55,393 nt of DNA from a bacterium (GTDB lineage Bacteria > Bdellovibrionota > FAC87 > UBA2466). A program made the position numbers and the translations under genes. The notes beneath the pieces were generated by a model. That model saw only the letters and a list, made by a program, of their open reading frames with translations, was not told where the DNA came from and did no database searches. Positions 1 to 10,051 of the stretch are shown here, one piece after another. Within the stretch, counting starts at the first letter, position 1. Each line of letters opens with the position of its first letter. The stretch is from assembly GCA_009927045.1 (NCBI GenBank), contig RFNT01000117.1:1-55393 (forward strand), read 5' to 3'.

Positions 1-2043
1 AGCCACTTCACGAGTGGCTTCCACTTCACTTTCCGCAGGCGCATCAAATCTCTGGGTGCGCTCTAAGTTCAAAGCCTTCTTAGCTGCGCTCAGTGAAAGC
101 TTGAGCTGTGCTAAATCAGTAAAATGGCTTTTAGGAATATTCTCCTCATCTAAAATAACCACTTCATCTGTTGCTGTGTTGTGTTCTCCCGCAATAAACA
201 CTGTATCCAATGGAATTGAAATTCCTTTCAGCGCTAGAGCATTCCTCACCCGCTGATCATTAAAGATTTCAACAGCCACTCGAGCGTTGGGAGCTCCTCG
301 GTGTCCTCCGCAAGCACCGCAATCTAAAGCTGATGCATACGCATTGTTGGTGGTACTACTGCCATGGCCACACAATAATACGAGTCTCCCAAAGTTTTTG
401 AGAAGCCCCATGATTCTCAGTGAGTTCTCCGCAATTGCGATCTGATCAGGCATCGGGATTCCCAGTTGGTAAGAGCCCACTGGTTGGGCCTCCCGAACTT
501 CAACCACAGGGACCGTTTGAGGTTTCTCACCCCACAACCGCTGAAAACTCTCCTTTACTTTCTTTAAGCCAGTAGGAGCCCAACTTTTTAAAAACATAGA
601 AAAGAAACCTAGGCCTCCAAACGTTTCCACCATTGCAAAAGGAGATACCGAAGTGTTCTTTACTTCGTGAAGAGCGTGTTCCAATGCAACTTCAGCCTCT
701 TTCTGACTCAAGTATTTGGCCGCTTGATAGCGGTTGGGATTTTTGAGTGACTCGCGTACCAAGTATTTGGGGCGAATCAAAACCGGGCACTGAGCAGCGA
801 TTTCGGTTTCAACAAACCCCTGGTGTGCAAGTGGCACTGCAAAGAAGCCCGCGAAGCCGTAAGTATCGAATCGTCCTTGATGCTCCAGATTTCTTCTGAA
901 CGCTTCAGAACGAACATCGATACAAAATACCGCCTGGGCCTGAGGTCTTAATTGGCTCGAGTTTTCCAGAGACAAGCTGAGTTCTTTTGCGTCTCCGAGC
1001 TTTTTCAACAAGCTCTCTCTATAGTTTCGCTCGTAAGCCTCAAGCCAAATGAAGCCAGCTCCAGACGTCCTTGGTCCAGCTGATTCTCGAAAAGTGAGTT
1101 GTTCCTGCGCTCTTTGAACCATCCCTTCCCAAGGATTTCTTTTGACCCACTCATCGGCAAATACCTGTTGGGCACCCACGACATCATAAGCAAGACGGAC
1201 AGCCAGAAAATCATAAAGTGGCTTCAGCTTTTCTTCATTGGAGAAAAAGTTCAGATCCCGACCTAAGTTGGCCATCAGACCCGCCCATCCAGGTGAAGCT
1301 GCAAAGTGCCGACTCAAATAGTCTCTCAGAAACTGGACTGGAATCCCCAAGTCGGCAATCATTCTTTTTATAGCCAAAAGGCTGTCCACGGGAAGGTTTT
1401 TCACGTAATCGCGAAAACCTTCCACTCCCGCTCGTTCAAAACTCTCATCATAAATAACCAGGCTCTTCCAAGCGTTATAAAACCCTTGCTGCTTTCCGGG
1501 CATTGCCCAAGCCGCTTCTCCCCTATCAAAGTAGGCTGCACACCACTTGCTGATTTCCGCCTGCATAGCGGGATAGAGCTTAGTCGCCGTCAATTGGTCC
1601 GCCCATTCACTGAGCATTAAAAACACTTCCTGCAGAGGCTGTTCTGAAGTGCTAGACTTTTCATTTTTAGCTTCTTCAATCAAGAGCTGAGATAGCTCCG
1701 CAGGAGACATGGAAGGATCGAGTTGCTCGACAGTATTCACTAAGTCCTTGGTGGTGATTCTACCCTTCTTGAACTGCTCATGGAAAAAGCTTAAGTCCGC
1801 AACACCACGAGCATGAAAAGTCTTCCGAGCTACTTCAACTGCTTCTGAAAAAGGAAGCTTTTCAAATCCCTGAAGGGGGTTCACAGCGATAAAGTTCGCT
1901 AATGGCCAAATGGGAGCTACTTGCTCACAGGCCTCTAAAATGGCTTGCTCTACACTGACAACTGAATCTTCTTGCTCTCTGCGGTCATTTAGAGTGAGCA
2001 CTCTCAGCGTATTTTTTGTAGCTGTTATGTTTTGAGTAAACAT
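1..2043 (-). CDS. dabA: DabA/MpsB (DUF2309) inorganic carbon transporter, beta-carbonic-anhydrase-like subunit; partial, 3' end beyond window
   Basis: Not in the ORF track because it runs off the edge. Segments translated by hand from ATG 2043 (SD GAGGGAG), all in one frame: APIWPLANFIAVNPLQGFE, IWLEAYERNY, AVFCIDVRSE, LCGHGS, LDCGACGG. These are the DUF2309 motifs including the Zn ligands. Confidence 0.93.
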   Translation of the reverse strand, partial: MFTQNITATKNTLRVLTLNDRREQEDSVVSVEQAILEACEQVAPIWPLANFIAVNPLQGFEKLPFSEAVEVARKTFHARGVADLSFFHEQFKKGRITTKDLVNTVEQLDPSMSPAELSQLLIEEAKNEKSSTSEQPLQEVFLMLSEWADQLTATKLYPAMQAEISKWCAAYFDRGEAAWAMPGKQQGFYNAWKSLVIYDESFERAGVEGFRDYVKNLPVDSLLAIKRMIADLGIPVQFLRDYLSRHFAASPGWAGLMANLGRDLNFFSNEEKLKPLYDFLAVRLAYDVVGAQQVFADEWVKRNPWEGMVQRAQEQLTFRESAGPRTSGAGFIWLEAYERNYRESLLKKLGDAKELSLSLENSSQLRPQAQAVFCIDVRSEAFRRNLEHQGRFDTYGFAGFFAVPLAHQGFVETEIAAQCPVLIRPKYLVRESLKNPNRYQAAKYLSQKEAEVALEHALHEVKNTSVSPFAMVETFGGLGFFSMFLKSWAPTGLKKVKESFQRLWGEKPQTVPVVEVREAQPVGSYQLGIPMPDQIAIAENSLRIMGLLKNFGRLVLLCGHGSSTTNNAYASALDCGACGGHRGAPNARVAVEIFNDQRVRNALALKGISIPLDTVFIAGEHNTATDEVVILDEENIPKSHFTDLAQLKLSLSAAKKALNLERTQRFDAPAESEVEATREVA

Positions 2044-2074
2044 TCTGTTTCTCCCTCAGTTTAAAGTTTTATTT

Positions 2075-3751
2075 TCAATGATAGGTCTGGATATCCTTCT
2101 CCAGAGCTAAGGTTTCGAAACTCGGCATCAACTTGGTTTTACCCAGGACTTTTAAAATGATTTTTCTCCAAGCTTGCTCCACATAAAAGTGATTGAGACA
2201 CAAAACGTAGAGCTTCTTAGACCACTCTTGCTCCTGGGAAAGCCGTGCCATTTCAACCATCACATAGACAGCAATGAATACGACAGCGGTTAAAGCGACC
2301 ACAGCAGGATTCAAGTCTCCCACTAAGCCCACTGTTTCATCAGCTCCCAAAACTGGCCCTAACCACTGAGTAATGGCTCCTAAAAGAGTCCAGTAAAGTA
2401 CCATCCCACCAAAAGAGATGACTGAAGTCGCCAAGAGCGATCGCACTCCGCCCGAGCTTCCCACTACTGGTGCTAGTGCCTGCAAAGCACTGATCCACAA
2501 GAAGAGACACAAGAAGAGTCCTCCAGGTTTCGCGTTTACATCGATACTCAACACCAAAATGCTGGTAACAAGAATTACAAAAGCAATCAGACCAGCGATT
2601 AAACGAGAAGCAAGTGAGGTTTCTGTCACGGGCTGCTGATTTCCGTACATAATGGGTTTGAGGTCCACTCGACCAGCAGCACTTAAAAATGCATGCGCCT
2701 TGTAGTACCCGTGCATGATCAAGTGCAAAACTGCGGCGGCAAAAGCGCCCAGCCCACATTGCATCATCATGTATCCCATCTGAGCAATGGTGGAGTATGC
2801 AAGTGACCGTTTTGCATCGGTTTGAACGAGATAAATCAAACCACCGAACAAAGCAGTCAACGCCCCCAGGATGAACAGCAAGTGAAGCGCAGTGCTGGCA
2901 TGTCCGACCAGGGGACTCAGTCTCACAATGAGAAACCCACCCGCATTAATAATCCCTGCGTGCATGAGCGCTGAGACAGGTGTGGGAGTTTCCATCGTAT
3001 CTGGCAGCCAAATGTGGAATGGAAATTGAGCAGATTTCGTCATCGCACCCAACACATAAAAGGAGCCGAGCACAGCAAATGGATTCAACGACATTCCCAA
3101 GAATTGAATCGGATCCCAGCTTCCATGATTCCGGGCGATTTCGAAAATATCTTTCAATTCGAATGTGCCGAAGACCGTATATGTGAGAACCAAAGCAGCA
3201 ACGAGAAATAAATCACCCAAACGACTGATTACGAATTTTCTCCAGGCCGCTTTCTGGGCAGATTCACGTTCGGAGAAATGGAGTAAGAGCTGATGCACCC
3301 CCGAACTCACTAAGAACCAAGAAAGAGTCAGCCCCAGAAGATTTCTACTGACCACAAAGAGGGTGACTGAAAACAAAACGAAAGACAGCCAGCTAAAGAA
3401 CCTTCCTTGGTTTGGGTCCCCATCTAAATATCTGACTGAATATCTCTGAACGATAAGACCAATACTAGTGATGAGCAACACAGAAAGAACTGAGAGCCGA
3501 TCAATCCAGACACCAATCGAGAAGTGAAACCCAGCAGGGTCCCCTAGAATTGCATAGATGCGATCAATCGATCCTTCGGTAATCACGCCGTAACCAAGCC
3601 CAATAGCCGCTAAGAAAGCAATGGCTGCTCCGCCAGCAGATATTTTTCGCATCAGGGGAGCATTTTCTTTGAGCTTTAAAAATCCCAATACCGAGACAAA
3701 AAGGGGCGTTCCAAGAACTGCTAACGCTGCGACCGAGAATAGTGAATCCAT
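2075..3751 (-). CDS. dabB: DabB/MpsA, NuoL/NdhF-like proton-conducting membrane subunit of the DAB carbon pump
   Basis: Motifs SRLGDLFL, KSAQFPFHIWLPDTMETPTPVSALMHAGIINAGG, YSTIAQMGYMMMQCG, HGYYKA. Directly upstream of the DUF2309 gene. Start placed at ATG 3751 behind SD GGAGG. Confidence 0.9.
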   Translation of the reverse strand: MDSLFSVAALAVLGTPLFVSVLGFLKLKENAPLMRKISAGGAAIAFLAAIGLGYGVITEGSIDRIYAILGDPAGFHFSIGVWIDRLSVLSVLLITSIGLIVQRYSVRYLDGDPNQGRFFSWLSFVLFSVTLFVVSRNLLGLTLSWFLVSSGVHQLLLHFSERESAQKAAWRKFVISRLGDLFLVAALVLTYTVFGTFELKDIFEIARNHGSWDPIQFLGMSLNPFAVLGSFYVLGAMTKSAQFPFHIWLPDTMETPTPVSALMHAGIINAGGFLIVRLSPLVGHASTALHLLFILGALTALFGGLIYLVQTDAKRSLAYSTIAQMGYMMMQCGLGAFAAAVLHLIMHGYYKAHAFLSAAGRVDLKPIMYGNQQPVTETSLASRLIAGLIAFVILVTSILVLSIDVNAKPGGLFLCLFLWISALQALAPVVGSSGGVRSLLATSVISFGGMVLYWTLLGAITQWLGPVLGADETVGLVGDLNPAVVALTAVVFIAVYVMVEMARLSQEQEWSKKLYVLCLNHFYVEQAWRKIILKVLGKTKLMPSFETLALEKDIQTYH

Positions 3752-3781
3752 GTAGGGCTCCTCCGTGTAACCTTGCAATCG

Positions 3782-3848
3782 ATAATACGGAAGAACCCTA
3801 GTTTAGTAAAAATAGATAAATATTATTGGTGTTATCGTATAAAACGAA
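3782..3848 (-). promoter_or_regulatory. dabBA promoter with four-box LysR operator
   Basis: Minus strand TTCG-N7-CGAT-N7-ATAA-N7-CTAT (3848-3812), then TTTACT-17 bp-TATTAT (-10 at 3787-3782). Same layout as the terC and hpf promoters. Confidence 0.65.
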
Positions 3849-5221
3849 TCAGCTTTCTCCGAGGACCGCTTTGAGTGTGGCAAGATTTTTTTGATACTCA
3901 GCCAAAGCCTCTACTTCCCGGACAGCTGCGTCGGCAGTAGCTTGTTCGCGAATGTTTACAAAGAGTTGGTTGCTGTCGCCTTGTCGGAACCGGATCCTTT
4001 CGCCCTGCTCCAACTTTCTGGCTAACTCCGTTTCGCGATGAGTGAGATCCGATCTTAAAGCAGCCGCATTTAAAGCCGAACGAGAATCCCAGAGTTCAGT
4101 TGCAATTTTATCTCGTAAAAAACGCTCTTGGAGCTCCAGTCGCATTCCAGTTGCGATGGCACTGTCTTCGCGACCTCCAGCGATATTGGCCTGCAGAGGA
4201 ATTTCTAGCACGATACCCGCATCGAGCCGGGGATCATTACGGGTGGGATCACCTTGTTGGATGCTTTTGGCTGCCTGTAGCTGAACGTCTATTCGAGGGG
4301 CAGCCTGATTCGAGGCTAGATCTCGCTCGATGGCATTCTGCGCTTTCAGCATTTCAAAACGCTTCAATTCGGGACGCTTCTGTAGAGCTTCTTCCACTCC
4401 TGCTTTAGGCTCTTCGTTCCTGTCGGGAACAGGAATCGTGCTTCCCATCTGCTCGTCGCCCGCAAGCAATGGGTTTCCTTGAGCATCTCGCCAAAATAAT
4501 GATAAATCAATCGTTGCTTGTTGAAGCGAGCGCTCAGCACTTACCAATTGGGACTTTCTCTGAAGAATAGCTCTTTCGTTATCCCGTCGCTCAAACTCAG
4601 GTAAGTCTCCCGCTTTGACTCGTTCTTTCAACCCTTTGTCGCGTTCCTCTGCAATCCGCAGCAGCTCCTGATAAATTTTTACTTTGAGACTTGCTGAAAC
4701 CCAGTCCCAATACCGATGTGTTGCAGTCCGTATGGACTCAATCCGCTGCTGCAGAACCTGAAGATCCGCCACAGTCAGTCCTAACGTTGCTTTTTGAATA
4801 TTGGCTCTTCGCCGATCCAATGGACCATCTCGCCAATAGGAATGGCGAGCCCCGCACGCAATTCACCTGCTGGGTTCGTCACCATTTTTCCATCATAAAT
4901 AGGAAAATCACCGATTCCTAAGCGATACCCCGCAAATAAAGAAGCCCCCCAGAGCGTGGTCGGTTGCTCCAAGACGGAATCTACCGTTTTATTTTCGTAA
5001 TACCCTAACAGAGTGCTTCCAGCTCGAGTCCGCCATTGAATATCAAAAGCACCTTCAGAGGCGCGAACTTCACCTTGTGCGGATTCAACATCTTTGCGGG
5101 CACCTTCTAATAAGGGATAGCGGTCGCGCACCGACTGGAGCACCTCAGAGAGTGACAAAGGCTTACAATGAGCCAGAGAACTGAGTCCAGCAAATAAAAT
5201 GATCGTTATCCGAAACATCAC
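3849..5221 (-). CDS. TolC-family outer membrane efflux protein (one frameshift near 4836)
   Basis: ORFs 4781-5221 (signal peptide, LSLSEVL, ASEGAFD) and 3849-4820 join as ...GLAIP(x)WRDGPLDRRRANI... if one base is restored. OEP helical repeats; ERIRFRQGDSNQLFVNIRE. Confidence 0.85.
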
Positions 5222-5224
5222 TTC

Positions 5225-6292
5225 TTAAGTTCCCTTTTCAGATTTACCCAACGGAACCACCATGTTTTTTCCAGGCTCTGGAAAACTGGGCGGAAATCCG
5301 TTGAACCGACGCCAGAGTTCGTAACCTAAAGTGACTCGATTGAGGAGCACCCAACCGATGGCTCTTACGCCTTGTCTTAGGTAAGTCCCGTCAGGCCAGG
5401 GTTCATTCTCCAGTGGAATGAGGACCACTCGAAATTTTCCGTTGCCGCTATCGCTCGGATCAATAAGTGTGATTTTTCCACCATAAGTGCCATAAGCAGC
5501 GCCCGGCCAACCACTGAATTGGATCGCAGGCCAGCCTTCAAATTGAAGCCGCACTTCGGCTCCATCTCTGAGCAGAGGAACGTCATTTCCATCGATCCAA
5601 AGTTCAACCGCTCTTGAATCCGTGTCTGGAACGATACTGGCTAGGAATTGTCCTGCTTTCACGATTTGAGCCCCCTGCCCGGAAATCACTCGCTGGATTG
5701 TTCCTGCGATGGGGGATTTTACAGATTGGGTCATTTGACGTGCCAAACGAACATCCATACGCGCCAGTTCAGCAGAAGCATTTGCTTCATCGACCAAAAA
5801 CTTGGTGTACTCTAAATTTGCCTGTTCCAGAGCTCGGCGTGCGCTCAATCCTTTTTCGACGAGCACCTTTTGCCGATCTAAATTGATTCGCGAGGTTTGA
5901 ACCGCTGCTTCTGCTGCCATCACTCGTTTGCCCAAAGCATCTCGCTCCTCTGCAAGGCGTTTCAGAATTTCGGGATCATTATCCGTAAGTTCCACAATGA
6001 GATCCCCTTCTTTTACTTTAGTTCCCTCCACTACATGCCATTTTTGAATGCGCCCATCCACAGGAGCGCTGATGTCTTGGATCCGATCGTTTGGGGAATA
6101 CCCAATCACTCTTCCAGAACCTCGTGCGGTCTGTTGCCAAGGCAAAACAATGAGAGCAATCCCCAAAAACACAAAAAGCCCAATGAAGGCGCCAAAAAAG
6201 CGTTGATAATTTCTGGAACTACTCACTAACTGGAGCGCCTTGGGAACCGGTTGGACTCCTTTAATTTGAAATTTTTCAATGGGTGCAGCCAT
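5225..6292 (-). CDS. HlyD-family membrane fusion protein
   Basis: One N-terminal TM, lipoyl half-motifs ISAPVDGRIQKWHVVEG and VKSPIAG, coiled coil, VRLQFEGWPAIQFSGWP. Confidence 0.9.
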   Translation of the reverse strand: MAAPIEKFQIKGVQPVPKALQLVSSSRNYQRFFGAFIGLFVFLGIALIVLPWQQTARGSGRVIGYSPNDRIQDISAPVDGRIQKWHVVEGTKVKEGDLIVELTDNDPEILKRLAEERDALGKRVMAAEAAVQTSRINLDRQKVLVEKGLSARRALEQANLEYTKFLVDEANASAELARMDVRLARQMTQSVKSPIAGTIQRVISGQGAQIVKAGQFLASIVPDTDSRAVELWIDGNDVPLLRDGAEVRLQFEGWPAIQFSGWPGAAYGTYGGKITLIDPSDSGNGKFRVVLIPLENEPWPDGTYLRQGVRAIGWVLLNRVTLGYELWRRFNGFPPSFPEPGKNMVVPLGKSEKGT

Positions 6293-7958
6293 TATGCTGA
6301 CCTCCGCTGAGTCAGTGAATCCAATGAAATAATCACTTCACACCGTTTAGCCAAATTCATATCGTGGGTTGCTAAGACCAAAGTCCAAGGGGCTTTGGGA
6401 TCGAGTAATAGCTTGAGGGCTATTTCTCGGGATTTCTCATCCAAATCATCCAGGGTTTCATCCACGAGGACTAAGCGAGGTTTGGTAACAATCGCACGAG
6501 CCAGAACAATGCGATGGACTTGCCCCACAGAGAGAGGACGCCCCTCTCCACTCAACTGGGTATGAATGCCTCGAGGTAGCTGAGTGATTTCATCTAGGAG
6601 CCCCAACTGGGCCAATGCTGCCCGCGCACTCTCTAGGGTGACTTCAGGGCGTCCCATACGAATATTATCCAAAATGGTGTCCGAAAGAACTTCCAGCCCC
6701 CTCACAAGCGCTATTTGATCTCGTAAACTTTCTTTGGAAACATCTCGGTAATCATTGCCGTCAATGAGAACTGCGCCGCTCTTGGCATCCGAATGCCAAA
6801 AAGCAAATCCACGAGGGTAGTTTTTCCTGAGGAGTTGGAACCTAAGAGAGCAACTCGAGAGCCTGGTTCAATTTTAAAAGACACTTGTTTGAAAATAGGA
6901 TCTTGAGAGTCATAGGAGTAAACCAAATCACGAGCTTCCAATCCAGCTGGGCCATGACCTCCCTTCAACTGGATTCCCGTTCCCTGTTCCAGCGGTAAAT
7001 TGAAAAGACCGTCCAACTTATCTAACGCGGCAATGAGATCATAAAAGGCTTCTAAATGTTTTTGAAATTTGGCTAAAGACCCCAGAGCAGTCGTTACGAC
7101 AATTTCTGCTGCTACTAATTGTCCAAGAGTCAGTTGGCTCTTGATCACCAAATAGGCACCCAGCCCCAGAAGTGCTGAGCTTGCGACTGCTTGCAGGGCC
7201 AATGACCCCAAGACCTGTCTCATCAGTATTTTGAAGTGATCACTCCTAGCTCCCAAATAACCTTGAACTACTTCATTTGCTTTTTCTAAAGCCAAACCGC
7301 GTGCTGCTTGGGACCTAAATAGAATCGGGCGTGCCGCCAGATCCTCTAGCCAAGCAGCAACGCGATATTTCTGCACTGATTCCTCAGAACTCGTGAGCAG
7401 AGCTCCACGACCCAATCCAAAAAGAATAATGCCTACAGTGGCGACTAAGACAATCGCAAAGGCCAGCAGGAACCAATGGTAAAAAGCGAGTAAAACGAGT
7501 CCCAGAACGATTTGCAGCAACAATGCAAAGCCATCGAGCAAAAGCGTTGCTCCACTTTTTTGAACTGTAAGAACATCGAAGAACCTATTGACCAATTCCG
7601 GAAATCTATTTTTGGAGGCGCCTTCTAAGTGCAGACGCGGAATCCGATAAGCAAGTTCCAGAGCCACTTGTGTAAAAAATCGTTTTTGAAATTGCTCTAC
7701 TATACGGATTTGAATCGCTCTCAAAAAAGCAGCTGCTGAGAGCCCCACAAAAACTGCCAAAACTAGAAAAAGAACGGGTTGGCTCAAAGAACCAAAGTTC
7801 ACTGTACTGACGAGAGTCTGAACGCCCACAGGGATGGCTAAGGACAAAACTCCAACACCCATGCCATACGTAAGAATGACCGCAATTTCAGACCGCTCCC
7901 CGCTCAACATGGAAACGAGTAATTTGGTCGGTGATATTTTGTGTCCAGGCTCTGCCAA
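6292..7958 (-). CDS. Type I secretion-like ABC transporter, permease + ATPase (one frameshift near 6782)
   Basis: ABC membrane domain (QLTLGQLVAAE) and Walker A GSNSSGKTT in 6711-7958. Signature LSVGQ, Walker B LVLVDE and H-loop ATHD in 6292-6705. Adding one A joins them (MPKSGAVLIDGNDYRDV). Confidence 0.85.
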
Positions 7959-8026
7959 AGCAACCTCTTTTACTTCTTAAGTATCGGTTTTTTTGAGTGA
8001 AATATTGACCTCGGTGAACTCCCGGT

Positions 8027-9010
8027 TTAGCGCTCCGCGCCACTTCGCGCTTTTACCCAAGAAACAGCGATGGAACCACCAATCAGACACACGATGATGC
8101 CCAGTGACCAAGTCACTGGAAACTTGCCATCAAAAGCTGGGTTGAGCCACGCCATTTTGAGTCCAACAAAAACTAAAACAGCTGCTAATCCATACTTAAT
8201 ATAACGAAACTTTTCGAGCGCTCCAGAAAGCATAAAGAACATCGACCGAAGGCCTAGAATCGCAAAAATATTCGAAGTAAAAACAATGAGTGGCTCACGG
8301 GTGAGAGCAAAAATGGCTGGCACTGAATCAATCGCAAACAGGATATCGCTCACTTCGATGAAAAGCAGAGCTAAAAATAAGGGGGTAGCGTAGCGAACGC
8401 CGTCTCTTTTGATGAAAAACCGACTGGGAGCAGCTGAAGGATCTATTCTAAAGAGCCTTCTCAAAAACTTCATAAACCATACGCGCTCCGGATCCATCAT
8501 TTGGGATTCCGAGAAAAACATTTTAATTCCAGTAACTATAAGAACCAGTCCAAAAAACACGACCACGGCATGGTAAGCCATGAGTTGAGAGCCCAATGCA
8601 ATGAAGAGAGCCCGGAACAAAAGTGCTCCTAATATTCCAAAAAAGAGTACTCGGTGTTGGTATAACCGAGGAATCCCAAAATAGGAGAAGACAATGGCAA
8701 AGACGAAAATGTTATCCACTGCCAACGATTTTTCGACGACAAATCCAGTTAAAAATTCGAGCGCCAGTTGCTTCGCTTTAACCAGCCCCTCTCCGGCATC
8801 CCCTAACTTAGAAATACAATAAAAGTAAAATCCGATATTGAAGACGCCTGCCAGCAGGAACCATGTCAGCGTCCAAAGCGAAGCTTCCCGGAAGGTAACC
8901 TCATGGGCTTTTCGATGAAAGACTCCAAGATCGAGGGCAAGCATCCCAAGAACAAAAATAGTAAAGCCTAAGTAAAACCACCAATATTCAGAAAAAGGAA
9001 AAATAAGCAC
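8027..9010 (-). CDS. terC: TerC/Alx-family integral membrane metal-homeostasis protein
   Basis: Motifs LALDLGVFHRK, EKSLAVDNIFVF, YQHRVLFFGILGALLFR, DILFAIDSVPAIFA, SNIFAILGLR. Confidence 0.92.
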   Translation of the reverse strand: MLIFPFSEYWWFYLGFTIFVLGMLALDLGVFHRKAHEVTFREASLWTLTWFLLAGVFNIGFYFYCISKLGDAGEGLVKAKQLALEFLTGFVVEKSLAVDNIFVFAIVFSYFGIPRLYQHRVLFFGILGALLFRALFIALGSQLMAYHAVVVFFGLVLIVTGIKMFFSESQMMDPERVWFMKFLRRLFRIDPSAAPSRFFIKRDGVRYATPLFLALLFIEVSDILFAIDSVPAIFALTREPLIVFTSNIFAILGLRSMFFMLSGALEKFRYIKYGLAAVLVFVGLKMAWLNPAFDGKFPVTWSLGIIVCLIGGSIAVSWVKARSGAER

Positions 9011-9033
9011 TTTCAGCCTTCTCTCAAATATTG

Positions 9034-9099
9034 AGTATCGGTTTTTTCCTTGAATATTTACAATAGATAAATTTCCTGTTATCTATCACAAAAAACAAT
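9034..9099 (-). promoter_or_regulatory. terC promoter with four-box LysR operator overlapping the regulator start codon
   Basis: Minus strand ATTG-N7-TGAT-N7-AGGA-N7-CTAT (9099-9063), -10-like GATACT at 9039-9034. Also contains the perfect inverted repeat ATAGATAA-N8-TTATCTAT (9063-9086). Confidence 0.6.
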
Positions 9100-9982
9100 G
9101 AATAATTGGCTCAATTATCACCATCTCTATTACTTTAAAACGATCGCTGAGGAGGGCAGTGTCTCCAAAGCCGCTGAAAAACTTCGTTTGGGACAACCCA
9201 CCCTCAGCGCCCAATTAAAACAGTTCGAGGACCATCTAGGAATCCAGCTCTTTGAGCGCCAACACAAGAAGCTCATCCTGACTGAGCAAGGCCAAGTTGC
9301 TTTGGACTATGCTCGGAATATTTTTAAGATGGGGTCCGAATTGATGGAAGTTTTGAATGACCGGTTAGTCCCTCACAAAACTTCTGTCCAAGTTGGGGCC
9401 TTAGATAGTGTTGCCAAACAAGTGATAGTTCAATTGGCCAAGCACGCCTATAAGACCAACGATTGTTTGATTTCGCTGGTGGAGGGCAAGTCCGATGAAT
9501 TGCTGAGAGAACTGGTCGCTCATCGCATTGATATCCTTGTTACGAATTTTCTACCTTCTGGTATTCATGCCAAAGGGTTATTTCACCGAAGTTTGATCAA
9601 AAAAAGCATTGGAATTTACGCGGCTCCCACATTCAAGCGACTCAGAAAAGATTTTCCAAAGTCCATTACGGGCCAACCGATGATTCTCCCAACCTACGAC
9701 AGCAAGCTCCGTTATGATTTAGAACACTGGAGTCAGACACAAAAGATCGCTCTCAACGTAGTCGCTGAGAGCCAAGATATTGCTGTTAAGAAATTGATGG
9801 CTGTCAGTGGCATCGGCCTCATCCCGGCCGCAGCTCATGCGGTGACCCGTCAAGTTCTAGCGGGTGAATTAGTCGAGCTCGGGGAACTTCCTGGGATTTT
9901 TGAAGAACTTTTCTTGGTAAGCGCTGGCCGAAAAATTGAAAATCCCATTGCTGCGCAATTGATGAAGACTTTTCAAATATAG
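9098..9982 (+). CDS. nhaR: LysR-family transcriptional regulator, NhaR-like
   Basis: N-terminus WLNYHHLYYF..EGSVSKAAEKLRLGQPTLSAQLKQFE is typical of the NhaR subfamily; LysR substrate-binding domain follows. Confidence 0.8.
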   Translation: MNNWLNYHHLYYFKTIAEEGSVSKAAEKLRLGQPTLSAQLKQFEDHLGIQLFERQHKKLILTEQGQVALDYARNIFKMGSELMEVLNDRLVPHKTSVQVGALDSVAKQVIVQLAKHAYKTNDCLISLVEGKSDELLRELVAHRIDILVTNFLPSGIHAKGLFHRSLIKKSIGIYAAPTFKRLRKDFPKSITGQPMILPTYDSKLRYDLEHWSQTQKIALNVVAESQDIAVKKLMAVSGIGLIPAAAHAVTRQVLAGELVELGELPGIFEELFLVSAGRKIENPIAAQLMKTFQI

Positions 9983-10045
9983 TTTTTTTCAATCCACTTA
10001 ATTGAGTTTTTCCATTTTATTGGCCTTGCCCGCTTTTTTTATACT
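9979..10045 (+). promoter_or_regulatory. hpf promoter with four-box LysR operator
   Basis: ATAG-N7-CAAT-N7-ATTG-N7-CCAT (9979-10015), 24 nt gap, -10 TATACT (10040-10045). Confidence 0.65.
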
Positions 10046-10051
10046 GTGGGT

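Noticed and set aside
14-1620. Short ORFs 14-256, 1005-1214 and 1306-1620
   Set aside because: Shadow frames of dabA, whose conserved motifs all fall in the frame starting at 2043.
2075-3751. Respiratory complex I subunit NuoL or MrpA antiporter
   Set aside because: No other nuo/mrp genes nearby; adjacency to the DUF2309 gene identifies it as DabB/MpsA.
9011-9097. yybP-ykoY Mn riboswitch upstream of terC
   Set aside because: The spacer is only 87 bp, AT-rich and occupied by the promoter and LysR boxes; the predicted leader is about 17 nt.
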